Of a stretch of DNA of 64,000 bases, positions 25,632-39,950 are shown piece by piece. Positions within the stretch are counted from its first letter, which is position 1. Each line of letters begins with the position of its first letter. The DNA comes from Octopus sinensis (taxonomy: Eukaryota): the NCBI RefSeq assembly GCF_006345805.1, contig NC_043006.1, forward strand, positions 25,110,001-25,174,000, in the 5' to 3' direction. The translations under genes were made by a program, and so were the position numbers. Below the pieces are notes generated by a model. That model was not told the DNA's origin, made no database searches, and was given only the letters and a program-made list of their open reading frames with translations.

Positions 25632-27031
25632 ACAACAAAGTTTTATGTTTTCATTTAACAAATATCTCACCTTATTTTCATGATTAAAACTTATAAAATA
25701 ATCAAAATATTTTTCAACCTCACTGTCAGTAATAGATTATACTATTTAGCTTGTGCAAGACAAGTCCATGATAAGCTTAGCTAAGCCTAATTTTTTCAAA
25801 AAGCATTTAACTAAAGACCTATTTAAGATGCATAGCTGTTGCTACTGAAGATACATGTTAGATTTTACAAACACTGGAGTTGTCAAATTAGAAAAACAAA
25901 AAAAAAAGTTATGAGATTGTTTAAATTTTTACCACACTAAGTACCAAAAATACTTTTTTATATTTTATGTGAATCAAATACAAAAAGTGTGACCAGTATT
26001 TTGATCATAATTTGTCCTATTGTTAAGTTATTCCATCTATTTAAATAAATTCCGTCAAAGAGAATCTCACCTTTTTTCAATTCCCTATCAAAACAAATAT
26101 GAAATCCAAACTAAACAACAGAGAAATGATTTGCATCCCATTGAATGTCTTGGAGAAAATTTACTTATAACAAATGTAAAATATTTTTCAATATTCCTCT
26201 ATCCATCTGTGTTCAAATTCTGCCAGGTTAACTTTGCCTTTCATTCTTTCGGAGTTAATAAAATAAGCACCAGTTGAGCACTGTGGTTGATGCAAGCAGC
26301 TTACCCGAAATTACTGACCTTGTACCAAAATTTAAAATCAACAGTTCTTTATTCTGATGTATGGAGTCTCAAAAATAGCGAAACATAATACAGGCTACAA
26401 TATTATGTTCCTCTATGTACTGAGTCTAAGTCTTTGCTTCGGCTCATTCAATTTTGCATTTCATCCTTTTTCACTCAATAAAATAGATGCAAAATATGTA
26501 CTGGAGACAAGCAAATTGAAAAACTTCTACAAATGATTGGTCTTGCAGCACAGACCAAGATATACAACTCCCTGTGGACAGAGCCTGTTGAAGTTTCATT
26601 CTCAGTTGAAACCAGTTCGCTACATTTACATGAACTACTTAAGAAAGGCATGAATATCAGCCAGTGTTATTGATCTTCCTCTTAAATGTGAGGCTTGTTT
26701 CTAGCCAAAAATCAAGAGGCACTTGAGACTAAGATAATAGAACTGTGTATTTTATTTTAGTTTGGTATTTAGTCTTCAAAGTTTACATTACGTTAAAGTT
26801 GACTTTATTGTCCAGTCTTCTGGATGCTGTAAAATAAGTATCAATAATATAGTGAAGTTCATTAAATCACCAACGTACTCTTAATAGAAATCAATATTTC
26901 TTTATTATCAATTTGATTAATTTAGACATCTATCAACACAGTTTAAATACTTATTCTGTGAAGTATTTCCAATGAAATTATTTCAAAGTAATCATTTCAG
27001 TATGAATGTTGGCAAAAACTAAAGGGTTAAC

Positions 27032-27238
27032 TTTTCTACTCTAGGCACAAGGCCCAAAATTATTGGAGAGGGGCCCAGTTGATTAGATCGACCCTAGTAT
27101 GCAACTGGTACTTAATTCATTGACCCCCGAAAGGATGAAAGGCAAAATCGACCTCGGCAGAATTTGAACTCAGCACATAAAAACAGACAAAATACTGCTA
27201 AGCATTTCGCCTGGCATGCTGTTTCTGCTAGCTTGCCC
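27032..27238 (-). mobile_element. tRNA-derived SINE (second family)
   Basis: Reverse complement of the family at 37580-37795 (gttctgagttcaaattctgccgaggtcgattttgcctttcatcctttcggg). Confidence 0.8.
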
Positions 27239-27942
27239 CCTTGATTTTGTGTTTTTTTAACATATGTACTTTCAAAGGATTATTGCATAAGATTATCTAT
27301 AGTCTTATTTTCTAAGCACTGGCCTGTTTGTTCATTATATAATGTATAAACAACTATCTCCTTTTAAGATATTGAACATTTGGATTATTTTATTCATAGA
27401 ATTCACAGATTCTTTTGTGTTCTATATTTCTATAGTTATCTGTTTTATAGTTTTATACATTTAGAAGTCAGATGCAGACTTCAAATGTCAACTGTATATT
27501 CCTATTTTATTTCATAAAAAGTCCTTTCAGAATATTAGAAGTACATTTAAATTTCAATACATTGCCAATAATTATCAAATATATTTTTGTAAAGGTTGTT
27601 AATCTTTAGCTTAACAACTAATTTGAGTTTGTATCTCTTACCAAATATTTTATATAAGTTAATTATGACTTGTAATATCTCAAAGTATAGAAGTTGTAGA
27701 AAGATTGACAAACTAAGCTTGAGAAATAAGATAATTCAGTAAAATTGATTTTAATTGGATTTCAGTTTTTGAAATTTACTTATTCTGCAAATACAAAATA
27801 AATTAAGTTGTATACAAAATTAACACATACAAGAATATGGGGGAGGGTAAAAAGGGGATAGTGGAGGCATGATGGCTGTGAACAATGTAATGGGCTACAG
27901 ATTTAATAGTCTCACATTAAGGGGTTTTCTTGTTCCTCCTAA

Positions 27943-28295
27943 TGCTTTAGCATTTAAACTGGCCATATCCAGCCCAAATATTCTACACATTTTATGTTCA
28001 AACTGGCCAGATTTGGTCTCTCACACTTATCATACAATCAAAAATATAGAATCAAAAATACAATCAAAAATATAGAATCAAAAATACAATCAAAAATATG
28101 GGCCTGGTGCAGCCTTCTGGCTTCCCAGACCCCAGTTGAACCGTCCAACTCATGCCAGCATGGAAAGCGGACGTTAAATGATGATGATCATCATCATCAT
28201 TGAAATCTCAAAGTTATGAGATAATGCATAATCAACTCAAACCAAATTGAATAAATAAGAATTATGTTTGAGAAAGTAATCTGAATGCTAAAGGG
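27943..28295. mobile_element. piggyBac-type MITE (second family) with nested RTE tail at 28098-28200
   Basis: Termini (t)gctttagcattt / gaatgctaaaggg|TTAA; insert ends in (gat)(cat) repeats. Confidence 0.6.
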
Positions 28296-28489
28296 TTAAA
28301 TGAAGGACATTACTCAACTTATCTCAATCTTCCCAGCTGGAAATTGGTGCTACATTCACTTCTTCTGTATTATGACCCCATTTAAAAAATTAGATGATAG
28401 CAAATGCCAGTTCTAAAATTAAAATACATCTGATAAGAATTATTTCTAAGCATTCATTACTCTTTTAGGATTTAGTGAAGTATACTTAA

Positions 28490-28709
28490 CCCTTTCATTA
28501 CCATATTTCTGTTGAAATGCTCTGTTTCTTTCAATTGATTTTAAATATAACAAAGAATTTAGTAAAATAACTTAGTTAACATTAAGCTAGTGTTAGGAAC
28601 ATAAATTGTGACTAAGGTTTGGTGGAAGATTTTAATGCAGAATTTTTGAAAATAAGACATTTGTACTACAGAGCCAGAGGCGGTTTCAGCTGGGTTGGTA
28701 TCAAAAGGG
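28490..28709. mobile_element. piggyBac-type MITE, copy 2
   Basis: TTAA|CCCTTTC...AAAGGG|TTAA. Confidence 0.85.
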
Positions 28710-30329
28710 TTAATAAGCATGCTTACACTTCATTTAATTTTGACATCCATTCTACTTGTGTTACCTCTCCTACTGGTTTAGAGCAGCATATATATTCACT
28801 CATTTCTCTTTTAACCTATAGATATTCTTGTTGATTACTACATTTATGTCTCCTTCCTGTAGCCTGCACTAGTAAGATTCTTAGTTTCAATGTTTCTAAA
28901 AGGCTTCCTTTAGTGCTTTTATTTCTTAATCTCTTAAACTGACTTTGTTATTGTTGCATTTAGTATGTTACATCCTACTGCTTTGCATCAAACTCAGCAT
29001 CATTATTCCTACTTCTTTGTTTTGTCTCTATCTGTACATAACTAATATTCAGATATGATGTCCACACTATTTTTAGATTTTTAATTAGAAGAGTATAAAA
29101 GAGTTGGTATCTCTTATAACATGATTCTTTGTATTACTTATTAAATGCTTATTTACAGGCATGTTATGTGTATTATTATATATTAATTCTATGGTTAGGC
29201 ATCAGCCATAAATGGTAACGGAACATATGAAGTTAACAATTTCGTAAACATAGCAATTTATTTATGTTCTTCTGATGTTGTCACACTGGTGAAGATGGAA
29301 TTATTTTTATGGAATACAGAGAAAACAATCATAGTATTTGGGAAAATTCCGGAAAAAATCTGATTGACAAATAAAGCAAATAACTTGTGCCTAACTAGTC
29401 CAGTGACTGGAATAAGTAAAAGTACACATATACATTCTTCAAGGGAGTGTAGCTACCTATATGCTGTCGACTTCTGAAGGTGGAAATGAACTTTATATAC
29501 AAATTAGGGGAATTCATTTGTAGAAGTAATTTGTTAGTCACTTTATCATTTTGATATCCATGGTGGAACTAAAAAAATTGAGGGAATCCTTTCATATTTT
29601 AAGTTCAAGATTCCACCAGGGTTGACTCAACTTTTCAGCTGTATTGGGTTGATAAAATAAGTAATCATCATATACCATGCTATTTGATAGTCTGATTGCT
29701 TCCCTTATTGAAAGAGATATTATCATTTTAGTTGAATCATATTAAACACCTGCATTCAAGCAATGGCTTCCAATTATTTCTCAGCTTTGAGAAATTCAAA
29801 TTGCCTCAGCATAAAATTGTGTATTATACAAAACACAAGTGCACAGAACATAGCCTTGGTGAGATAAATGAAGTTTTTTGGTGACACCAGATTTTAGATG
29901 CATAGTCTTCACAGAACCAGGTTAATATCTGTGCTTAGAATGAAGCAGCTTATAGTTTTGGACTTGAAGTGGTACATTGTCCAAGGATCTAAGATCATAC
30001 ATATAGTAAGTCATAGGAAATTGGAGAAATGCATCAATAACTCATGTTATTATGGTTGAGTATCCCATTGCACATAGCTGAAACTAGAAAGATGCTGTAC
30101 ACTCAATTTCTGATAGATCAGCTAGGTATGGAATGAATTTGTTGATGGTGTTTTCAGGATGTGTTTTTGCAGCACAATTTCTGATCACAAGTCAAAACTT
30201 GGTTCAAAAGCCATGTCACAAGGCAGCTATGTCACAAGGCAGTCATGTCATGAGGTAGCCATGTCATGAGGCAGTCATGTTGTGAGGTAGCCATTTTGCC
30301 TCAGTTACAACACCAGCTCCATATATTCA

Positions 30330-30870
30330 AAACCAAATTCTTCACCTGTCACTCTGGACAAACAAATCTTTATGTGCTAAAATTTTTATAAATTAACTAC
30401 TTATGTAACACAGGTCATCATGCTTTTAAATGAGTCAGAAAGAGTTTTGGTTATGATTTTTCCACCTACAGTGATAAAAGGAGTTATTTTATATTGATAC
30501 CATCTCAATAATGTTATGTACTATGGTTGTTATTTCAAGCTGAAGATAGAATTAGTATTCCTTTTTCAGCTGATCATCGATACTGTATGCAAAAGTTATT
30601 CAAATGAGCACAATTAGAAACATCATCTGACTCATCCAGCTGATTGGTAAATGTGTGCATTGATAATTTGATTTTAGCAACATCCTTTTAGTTACATACT
30701 TGTAACATCCTCTGTGATGTCATTAATATGGCACTAAATGGTGTTGTTAGAGACAGAAACTTTTGAAAGATTCTTTGTTTTGTTTTCATCAAACATGTTT
30801 CACACAAAAGAAGGTACATCCACTGTACTTCCTTATGGAAATATATTAGAAATTGTGAAGTAATGATTGA
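30330..30870 (-). pseudogene. hAT (Buster/Charlie-like) transposase relic
   Basis: Minus frames read NMFDENKTKNLSKVSVSNNTI*CHINDITEDV and QLDESDDVSNCAHL, matching LSNNTVxRRI and QLDESTD motifs; with stops. Confidence 0.65.
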
Positions 30871-32809
30871 TCTTCCCAACAAGGGAAATTTTGAAATATT
30901 AAAAGATAAAATTTATTTTTCACTGAATTAAATGTGAATTAAAGTAATAATTCATAGATTAACATATTTATAGAAGTAAGAAGTAATGCATGTCAACCGT
31001 TCCAATATATACAATGAAAATGGATAATCTCTCTCTTTTCATTAAAAGTCATTTAGTACTTCTACTCATATAGTATTTCTACTCATATAATACTTCTTCT
31101 TTCAAATAATAATGTACTTCATAATGTGCATGTGTATCACCCATCATTTAATATTTAAAACAACTATTAACCATGCACACAGTTTATTTTTAAAACAGCA
31201 ACAATTAAAATGAACACTTTAGTTTTTGAAAGGAAAAATATATAACGTACTACAATCTTCTTTTTCAGTTTCTATCTCTCAATAAAGGAAAAGAACATGC
31301 ACATAGATAGACTCACTCTCTCACAACTACAAATTTTTCTTTCTTTCTTGATTAAATAATAAATTAAGAGCTAAAATCTATAAAACAATCTAAATTATTT
31401 TTATTTAACAATATTTATTTATAAGATATAATCATTTATTTAACAAAAACCTCTGACAGACTTTAGAATAAGACTGTGTTTGAAAAGTACAAACATCACT
31501 TAGGCTTAGGAAACATGAAAATAATATAGATATAATGCAAATTTTCAAAACATTCTCAATGTATTCAGTTTTAATTTTATGAATATATTTGTTGATTTTA
31601 TTATGTAATATACTGTATGATAAATATGGAAATACTTATTAAAGCAAGTGCCCTTCTTAATGTAATCAAATACCACCAATAGTAATATCTGGTTATGGAA
31701 CTGCTTAAACTAAGCAAACAATCTTACTAGAACTTACCATTCCAAAGAACTCGTTTTAAGTATAAATTTGATTTTAAAAATAGAGTAGCATCTACTATAC
31801 ATCTTTACTTATGGCTTTGCACTTTCATATTGGTTTCTTGCATCTCTGGTCCAGTGCAGAATAAAATATGAAAATGACATAGACTAAAGAACGAATGTAG
31901 TTCTTTTTTGTTGTTGTTTGTAGTTAGCTTTTCTTTGTTATTTAGATTATGAAGCTGTAATATGGCTCAGTAGAAATGTCTACTGGCGCACAGCTTATCA
32001 GCCAGAGATAACCATGAGTATAACTATAATCGCAAGATATTTTGTGAACATAATAAATAACCTAATTGTTACCCTATCGACATGTGAGTAGAAGTAATAA
32101 GGTTCAATCTAATCAATAAGAGATTAATAATAGAAGAATGCACATTACTATTCCCAGTGTAAGGATAGTATGTGGTCAAAGTGTATTTTCTTCCCATTTA
32201 GCATCTGTTCCTTTTTTTTTTGAAGCATGATGATTAAACTGGAAGTGCATAAGTCAGTAGGCTCCTCCCATCCATATAATTAACCCAGCCAAATATAGAT
32301 TTTATTCCAGTTGAGTGATTACTCTGGCTTTGTTTTACACTTAATCACAACCAAAGTATCGATGTGTTTCATTGTATATGAGCTACATAAATGACTCTAC
32401 TTCCACTGTATTAGTGACCAGATTATAGGTCTTCAACAAAATAGTTTAATGTTATTAATTACAAAAAAAAAAAGCAAATGCAGAAAATGCATGTGTTACA
32501 TAAATGGTTAAAAATGTTTCCTAAAAGAAAATGAAAGCAAAAAATTATATACATTTTTGTCATTAATGTTCATCATATATTTAGTCAAAAATGTCATCCA
32601 TAAGACGTATAACACTATTTTTGTATATTCATTGATATGTTGTATTTTATCATTGATGTGTTTTATTTCATCTTTTCTGAATGTTTATCACATTGATTTT
32701 ATCCACTATTAGATTTTGTTTTATTTTTTTTTATACACTTTGAAGTTTACATCCATATGTTTATCTATCCATGTCACATCAATACCAATATCAGAAGTAA
32801 ATCTTGAAA

Positions 32810-32935
32810 TATATTTAGCATGCTAAGAAACGTTTTTTAGTTGGTATCCAAATATATTTAGCATGCTAAATGTGTTTTGATGGTATCCAATATATTTAAC
32901 ATGCTAAGAAACATCTTTTTAGAATTTATCCAAAT
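32810..32935. repeat. About 40-bp tandem repeat, three units
   Basis: atatatttagcatgctaagaaac...tggtatccaa repeated. Confidence 0.8.
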
Positions 32936-33841
32936 TGTTATTACATATATTGCATTTCATATTAAAAGATGAGTTGCAAATATATTTATCATTTCTTAAA
33001 TTGAGCAAAGAATTATCAGTTTACACCTTGTTACCAGGATCACATGTAAATAGGTACCAATAGGCAAGCATAGTATGGACCACAGTGGAGGTAATAAATC
33101 AGGCAAAGGTTTTATGACTTTGGAATGCTGAGTTCCAGAGTCATAAATAACAGGTATGCACTTATATGCATCATTCATTCAGTTTTTAGAAAATTGTTGT
33201 AGTAGCATAAGTAGGTCTTTCAAGTATGTAAGCAGTATCAAAAGATTAACAATGCAGTATTAGAGAATTATAATACCAAAATTCATAAAATATACTTTAT
33301 ATTTTTCATCAAATTCTGATGAGAGAAACAATATATATTTGCATTTTATGTCTAACATTTTATGACCAGTAATATACTTTAGTATCTGATTATTTTTACC
33401 ATTTTGCAGAAGCAAGACAAATCAAATTTATCGTGTCCATATCTTTTTCAAGGACATTAATGATTAAAAAAAAGTTACAGCTTATCAAGATGGAACCTTC
33501 ATATATATCACTCAGGCTACATTCTTTCATTCATATAAAGCTTCCAGTCTTGCATTAGATATATTAATTTATACATTTATTATTAATGTCCACACATATT
33601 GGACATTAATTGTCCAATATGGATGTCCATCTTTTCTTCTAAGTTTTACTTCCTTAGAAGAAACCACATAACTCTGCTTGCATCAGTCGACTTAAGAGAC
33701 CACAAGTTGCATTGAATAATTTATAAGAAGTTCATTCAAAATTACAAGTGGAAAAGCAAATTATACCTAAACCAACTCAACCATAAACCATACTAGCATA
33801 GAGAACTAGCTAAGAATATATTACAAACAGAATATTTTCCA

Positions 33842-33875
<34 letters not shown>

Positions 33876-33881
33876 CCTCCC

Positions 33882-33912
<31 letters not shown>

Positions 33913-35409
33913 TGCACACATACATATCTCTGTAAAAATTAAGATTGGTACAAATATCATATATTTCACTGTTTGAAATGAAAGAGTACCTTACATGTGA
34001 CACTAATATATTCAAATTGCATGCAGCTATGTCCTCATACATTCTTCTATAAGTCTGCTATTCTGAATTTTGCTTAGGTTTATGGTATTAGAAAAATCTG
34101 TTATACAGTAATGATTTTCAATGGATAAGTTATTATGATACATTTCCAATTACTATGCATGAATTTCTTTCATTTTAAATTTGTATTAAATTACTTCAAA
34201 TTTACTCAGATCAAATGTATATGTGTGTGTATAAATGTATGTATATAATATCAAGTTACAATGTTAATTATTAAAAGAAATTGATTTTGTTTTGTAATGT
34301 TCAAACATTGTTTATAATTCAGTTGAAATCTGTAATCTATTTTGAAGATATTGCTTTCTTTTTTTCTAGTGGATTAATATTTGTTATCCTTAAGATCTAT
34401 AAGTTATAAAGAAATGATTTTTAAAAGTTCATTTATCTACTCATAAGAAATTTTTAGCTGCTACCCTCATGACAGAAAATTTGTTTTAGAAACATGGTCT
34501 TCCCTGCTTACAGACTACAGGATGGCAAAAATGTAAGCAGGCACAGTTGACCTCCTTTATTTACAGCTGGAATTATAGAGAGGAAGGTAACTCTTCTCTC
34601 ACTCTCAGAAAAGGGATTTTTTGTTTCAATTTTTTCCATTGCCAAGCTAACCAAGGCTGAATATTTAACTCAAGCATTAAAGAGGTTGTGTGTTTCCAGT
34701 CAGCATATCTAATGAATTGTCACTATTGCCAAGTACAATTGTAAATGTGAAACCAAAGGTGTGTGTGTGTATGTGTGTGTGTGCACGTGTGTGTGTGTGT
34801 GTGTGTGTGTATGCGTGCGTGTGTACTTTTTCTGTCCTGAAAATGTATCCTGTCTCCCCACCTTTCATTACTACTAGCTCTGTCCTGGAAATTGTGCTTA
34901 CCTCTTCTTTTTCATGATAATTTGTATGTTTCATCCAATGTAGGTTTCTTTTTGGCTTGTTGAAATTTTGTATGATTCCATCTAGTCACACAGCTTCACT
35001 TGCTCACTCACAATGCATCCACCCATACTTGCCCCCACCACCTATACTGGAAACCTCACCTCTATACCAGCATCCTTTCTTGTGCCCCACCTCCTCATGT
35101 ATTTCAGCATTCTTTCAGTGACAGTAATGGAATATAAAAGCCATAACTAGCACTCTTTACATAGGAAATGTTATATAAGGACACTTACCAGTCATTTAAC
35201 TAATTAATTAATCAGATATTATTTATATTTGTATTAACAATGATTGTATATCCTCTTCTTGTTGAAGCAGTGAGTGCAAAATGAGTGAATGATGGTAGAT
35301 TAAATGCCAGGGAAAACTCATATGATATGCCTGCTGGCAAATGTCCTTGCAATCCTTCTTTTCAGATGCTGAATGCCATCCTCCATCTCCCTGTTCTCTC
35401 TTACCACCT

Positions 35410-35700
35410 CTTACAGTCAGTGTGGGCATATTGAAAAATAAATGAGATTGTTCAAGATGCTTGAACAGAGGCATGAAGATGTGTGTTGTGTTCAAGAAGT
35501 AAGGTGGAGGGGATCTTCAGACAGGTTCCTCAAAGAACATAGGTAGAAAATCTCCTGGGAAGGAAATAGTGATGGGGTAGGTGGTGTGAGCATACTTTTA
35601 GCTGAGAAACAGGTTGGTAAGGTGATTAAAGTAGTCAGAGTGTACTTATGCTTAGATTAGTTTTTGCAAAATAGAACTGCAGCTATTACTGACTTCCAAA
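35410..35700 (+). mobile_element. RTE APE N-terminal fragment
   Basis: VQEVRWRG...WEGNSDGVGGVSILLAEK...KVIKVVRV. Confidence 0.8.
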
Positions 35701-35814
35701 ATAACCACCCCAGTGTTGATGTTTTAGTACCAAGGGACATAACTTTTAACTTAATCCTCTACTCATTTTGTTTCGTCATCTTTTTTCACAACAATCACAA
35801 ACTGGATGTGTCTA

Positions 35815-35990
35815 TTCACCTCCAACAATAGAGAGCAGTCACCATATTTCATTCCATATTGGTTACCTCTAATGAGCTTAGTGTTGCATAATCAGATTGT
35901 TACCTAAAACTCCATCGAATCCCTAGTGCGAAACCAATTAGCATGATCGGTCATAATGGATATATAATACTGTACACTTCAGATTATATA
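35815..35990 (+). mobile_element. Solitary PLE terminal segment with hammerhead relic
   Basis: Homologous to 47170-47345(-): agagagcagtcaccata...ctaatgagc...taatcagattgttacctaa...gcGAAAC. Confidence 0.6.
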
Positions 35991-36084
35991 CTGACTCTTT
36001 TGACAGATATACAAGTGCATTTTTTTCCTGAATCTTATGGACTCTTAGATGACTTACACACACACACATATATATACACATATA

Positions 36085-36590
36085 CAGTAATGCCTAGATT
36101 TACAAGTTAATTTGTACCCAGAGACCACTTGTAAAGTGAAAACTCATGAAGCAGAGCAATAACTTTCCATAGTAGCAATGTTATAAATCGTAATTTGTTC
36201 CCAGAAAAATATTTTACCTATAAAATTTATAATACTCGTAAATAAATGGCAATAAAACAACAGTAGAATGTAAAGAATATTTAATGTAAAGTAAAAATAA
36301 TGTCAAGATCATTTATAATAAAACATATTATTATTATTATCGTTTTCTGAATCACTTTCACTCGCACTAGACTTGTGCATACCATCACTTGTAGACTTGA
36401 TTGCTGATTCACAAGCACTCATAGAGGAACTTGTAGATCTTTTTTTAAAAAACAAGACTAGAGTTGTTTGCTTAGAAGAAGCTTTTTTCGCTTTCTATAA
36501 CACACAGAAGCATTTGTTATGAAAGTAGAAACATTTGGACTTTGTTCAAAGTTTGGATCTTGTGCTTGAAAAATAAAACTTGTAAACCCA
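36085..36590 (-). mobile_element. Tigger/pogo-like DNA transposon relic
   Basis: TA|CAGTAATGCCTAGATTTACAAG terminus; minus-strand CYRKRKKASSKQTTLVLFFKK resembles the Tigger C-terminus. Confidence 0.55.
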
Positions 36591-37440
36591 GTGTCTCCTA
36601 GACAAACACTTTCCAGTCACAGATACAGGAAAATATTTAATTGGCATTCTGTGAAATTATCATATAGCTGCTGCCCCAATATTTTGAGTATCATTACATG
36701 GGGTCAATACCAAGAGCCTGAATCCAGTTGCAACTGTCCCGACCCAGGATCCTGTCCATTTGACCAACAGTGTAGGACTAAATCTATCATATATGAGGCA
36801 GAAGTTATTGCAACCCTAAATAATACTACAACTGATAAGAAGACCTACATTGGATTATGTGAAGGTGAATTTAAAATTGCTATGCCAATACACAGCCTCC
36901 TTCCAACATAGGGACAAAAGTATAGCTACTAAGTTGGCTAGTTACATATAGACTTTGAAAGATAATGAAACACCACATGTGATTAAATGGAAAGTAATTG
37001 AGAAATCCATACCTTGTGTGAATGGATCAAATAAATGTAGACTTTGTTTGGCTGAAAGAGTGCAGATTCTGTTCAGATCTACAATCTCTAACTCCCTATT
37101 GAACTCCAAGTCAGAAATTTTCAGTGGTTGCATGCATATGTATAAATATATTTTGAAGAATTGGAAAATTCTGCCTATTCCTGACTGACTTGATATCTTT
37201 CCAGCCTTATCATTTAAGGTCTAAGGAGGATAGATCTTTTACCGTTTTACTTTTTATTTTTTACATTTTAGTTTCTGTTTTTCATTTTCCATTGTATACT
37301 GTCTGTGTTTTCTATATGCTGCCTTCTCAGTGTTTTCACATTTTTTTATTATTCAATTTCTTTAGTTCATTATATGAGGTTTGCATCTGAAGAATGTTTG
37401 AGTTTTCTCAACATATGAAACTATTAGTAGCGCTTTAATA
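36591..37440 (+). mobile_element. Penelope-like element 3' part (thumb, Cys linker, GIY-YIG, 3' UTR)
   Basis: RYRKIFNWHSVKLSYSCCPN, CNCPDPGSCPFDQQC, IIYEAEV...YIGLCEG, KWKVI...CRLCLAE...LLNSKSEI...CMH. Confidence 0.88.
37383..37433 (+). ncRNA. Type I hammerhead ribozyme motif
   Basis: gcat-CTGAAGA-atgtttgag tttt ctcaacat at-GAAAC-tatta-GTA-gcgc: intact core, 8-bp stem II with bulge, 3-bp stem III, stem I with one mismatch. Confidence 0.7.
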
Positions 37441-37579
37441 CATGTATTGTGACATATAGGTGCAGGTATGGATGGCTGTGCAGTTAGAAGTTTGCTTCCT
37501 AAGTATATAGATCAGTACATTATGTGTGTGTGTGTGTGTGTGCACGTGCATGCATGCGTGTGTATGTGTGTAGCAGGTA

Positions 37580-37795
37580 GGCGGAGAGCTAGCAGAAACG
37601 TTAGCACGCCGGGCGAAATGCTTAGCGGTATTTTGTCTGCTGCTACGTTCTGAGTTCAAATTCCGCCGAGGTCGACTTTGCTTTTCATCCTTTCGGGGTC
37701 GATTAAATAAGTACCAGTTACACACTGGGATCGATATAATCGACTTAATCCGTTTGTCCTGTCTGTGTTTAGCCCCTTGTGGGCAGTAAAGAAAT
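37580..37795 (+). mobile_element. tRNA-derived SINE (second family), full length
   Basis: ggcggagagctagcagaaacgttagcacgccggg...gttcaaattccgccgaggtcgac...gtaaagaaatag; near copy at 39313-39540. Confidence 0.85.
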
Positions 37796-38627
37796 AGAAA
37801 TAGGTAAGAGGGGATTTAAAAATCCATGCTACCTCTTCAGTCAGCACTCCTATGAGGGCCAGCTAGCAGAGTAGTTAGAAATGGACAGTTTTCCCTGAAG
37901 GAAACCATTCATGCAAACCAAAATTTCAGGCATTGAGTATAATGCAGCAAGTCCAAGAATGGAGGTTCAGGTTTTACATTTATTCCTTTGTTATAATTGC
38001 TTCGGCATCACATGGTTCAGATGCATCATATTGCACAAGGCATATATATATATCAATTAGGTATGTTGTAATCCTCACAGAGTGAATGACAATGATTTTA
38101 ATGAAGGAAAAGAAAGATCACATCGATGTTACATATGAATGAATGTCATTTATTTCGTATTACATTATGCAATTTTATGCAATAAATTTAGTGTTCATTC
38201 ACTTCTTCAGCATTATAATTTAATTCACAATCAACTAATGAAACAGTCTTATAATGTGGGATGAATTTTTACTGCTCTTTGGGCATATCCAACAACCAAG
38301 CAAATAGACAAAATGTAAATATTAATTTATCCTCTCTGTTCTTTAGTGAACTATCCATCCCAACAGAATCCTCCCATGCTTCAAGATATCTTCCTCTCCA
38401 TGTTAATCTTATGAGTAAGATTATCTTTTTGGCAATATTTTATAACGATCGCTAAAAAAAGTTAGTTCTGAGCAATTATGACAAATACAATGATACAAAA
38501 AACTTATGTGACATGCTAACCACAAACACTTCTCTCTCTCACACACACACTCTCACTCTCTCACTTTCTCTCTCTCTCACTTTCTTTCTCTCTCTCTCTC
38601 TTTCCCCCTTTTATACACACACACATA

Positions 38628-39035
38628 GGTGCAGGTATGGCTGTGCAGTTAGAAGTTTGCTTCCCAAGTATATGGCTCCAGATTCAGCCCAATTGCATAG
38701 CACTCTGTGCAAGTGTTGTCTTCTACTAGAGCATCAAGCTGACCAAAGCCTTGATAGTGGATTTGGTTGATGGAAACTGAAAGGAGCCCATCATATATGT
38801 GTGTGTGTGTGTGTGTATTTACATGCATGTCTCTGTGTCTGTTTGAACCCCATTACTGCTTGGCAATTGCTATTGATGTGCTTACATCTCTATAACTTAA
38901 GGATTGACAAAATAGACCGATTAAATAAGCACCAAGTTTTAAAGGGAAAAATGTACTGGAGTCAATTCATTCAGCTAATGTCCTTCAAAGTGGTGACCCA
39001 GCATGACTGCAGTATGACTGAAACAAGTAAAAGGT
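38628..39035 (+). mobile_element. tRNA-headed SINE
   Basis: ggtgcaggtatggctgtgcagttagaagtttgcttccc...gactgaaacaagtaaaag. Confidence 0.8.
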
Positions 39036-39312
39036 AAATATATACATATATATCATTTCTATCTTGACCCAAATTATAAGTAATTGGTTGGTATTAGGGC
39101 ATGCAGTACCTTACTCGATATACAGTCATGTAGGTTATGTACAAAGAAAAGGTTGGAGATTATTTTGGTTAATCGTAAGCACATTCTTAGCAAACATAGC
39201 AACATGGAATTTACTCCACACACCAAAAGAGTAAGACATTCTGATATTACTAGATGAGGAAGTGCCTGAACTACAGGAAGGTGCAATAGTATGCAAATAG
39301 CCCCACTACTAA

Positions 39313-39540
39313 TAGTGGCAGAATCGTTAGCACACCGGGTGAAATGCGTAGCTGTATTTCGTCTGCTGCTACGTTCTGAGTTCAAATTCCGCCGAGGTCG
39401 ACTTTGCCTTTCATCCTTTCGGGGTTGATTAAATAAGTACCAGTTACGCACTGGGGTCGATGTAATCGACTTAATCTGTTTATCTGTCCTTGTTTGTCCT
39501 CTCTGTGTTTAGCCCCTTGTGGGTAGTAAAGAAATAGGTA
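39313..39540 (+). mobile_element. tRNA-derived SINE (second family)
   Basis: High identity to 37580-37795. Confidence 0.85.
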
Positions 39541-39789
39541 ACATAAATCTCATGGCTATCAGATTACTAACAGGATTTCTTGATACTCTCTACCTATACA
39601 CTCCTGAATGTATACCCTACATGAACCCACCCTCTCTTCCCCTTTCCTTTGTGTGCATACATGTATACATTGTTTTTTTTTTCTTGTATGGGCCCATGTC
39701 AGTAGCAGCTTCATGGAATACCAAACTTTAGGAATGTAGAATCAACCATACCCTCCAGGGCTACAGGATGTACAAAGGATATATCATCA

Positions 39790-39950
39790 GATTATGATTG
39801 ACTTCCACTGACCAGAACACCTGTTTATATTTACACCACACATGAAACATTTTATTTATTTGACTCTGGTTGTGCTCTTCTCTGCAAGTGCAGTGCACAT
39901 CCTCCATGTCTGTAGGCCAGATTGATATATTGACTTATAGAGCTTATGAA
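39790..39950 (-). pseudogene. Possible piggyBac transposase Cys-rich C-terminal relic
   Basis: RMCTALAEKSTTRVK*IKCFMCGVNINRC spacing resembles the piggyBac C-terminal Cys domain; short and degenerate. Confidence 0.35.

Noticed and set aside
39100-39300. Possible piggyBac transposase relic or exon
   Set aside because: Motif similarity is too weak and all frames are broken.
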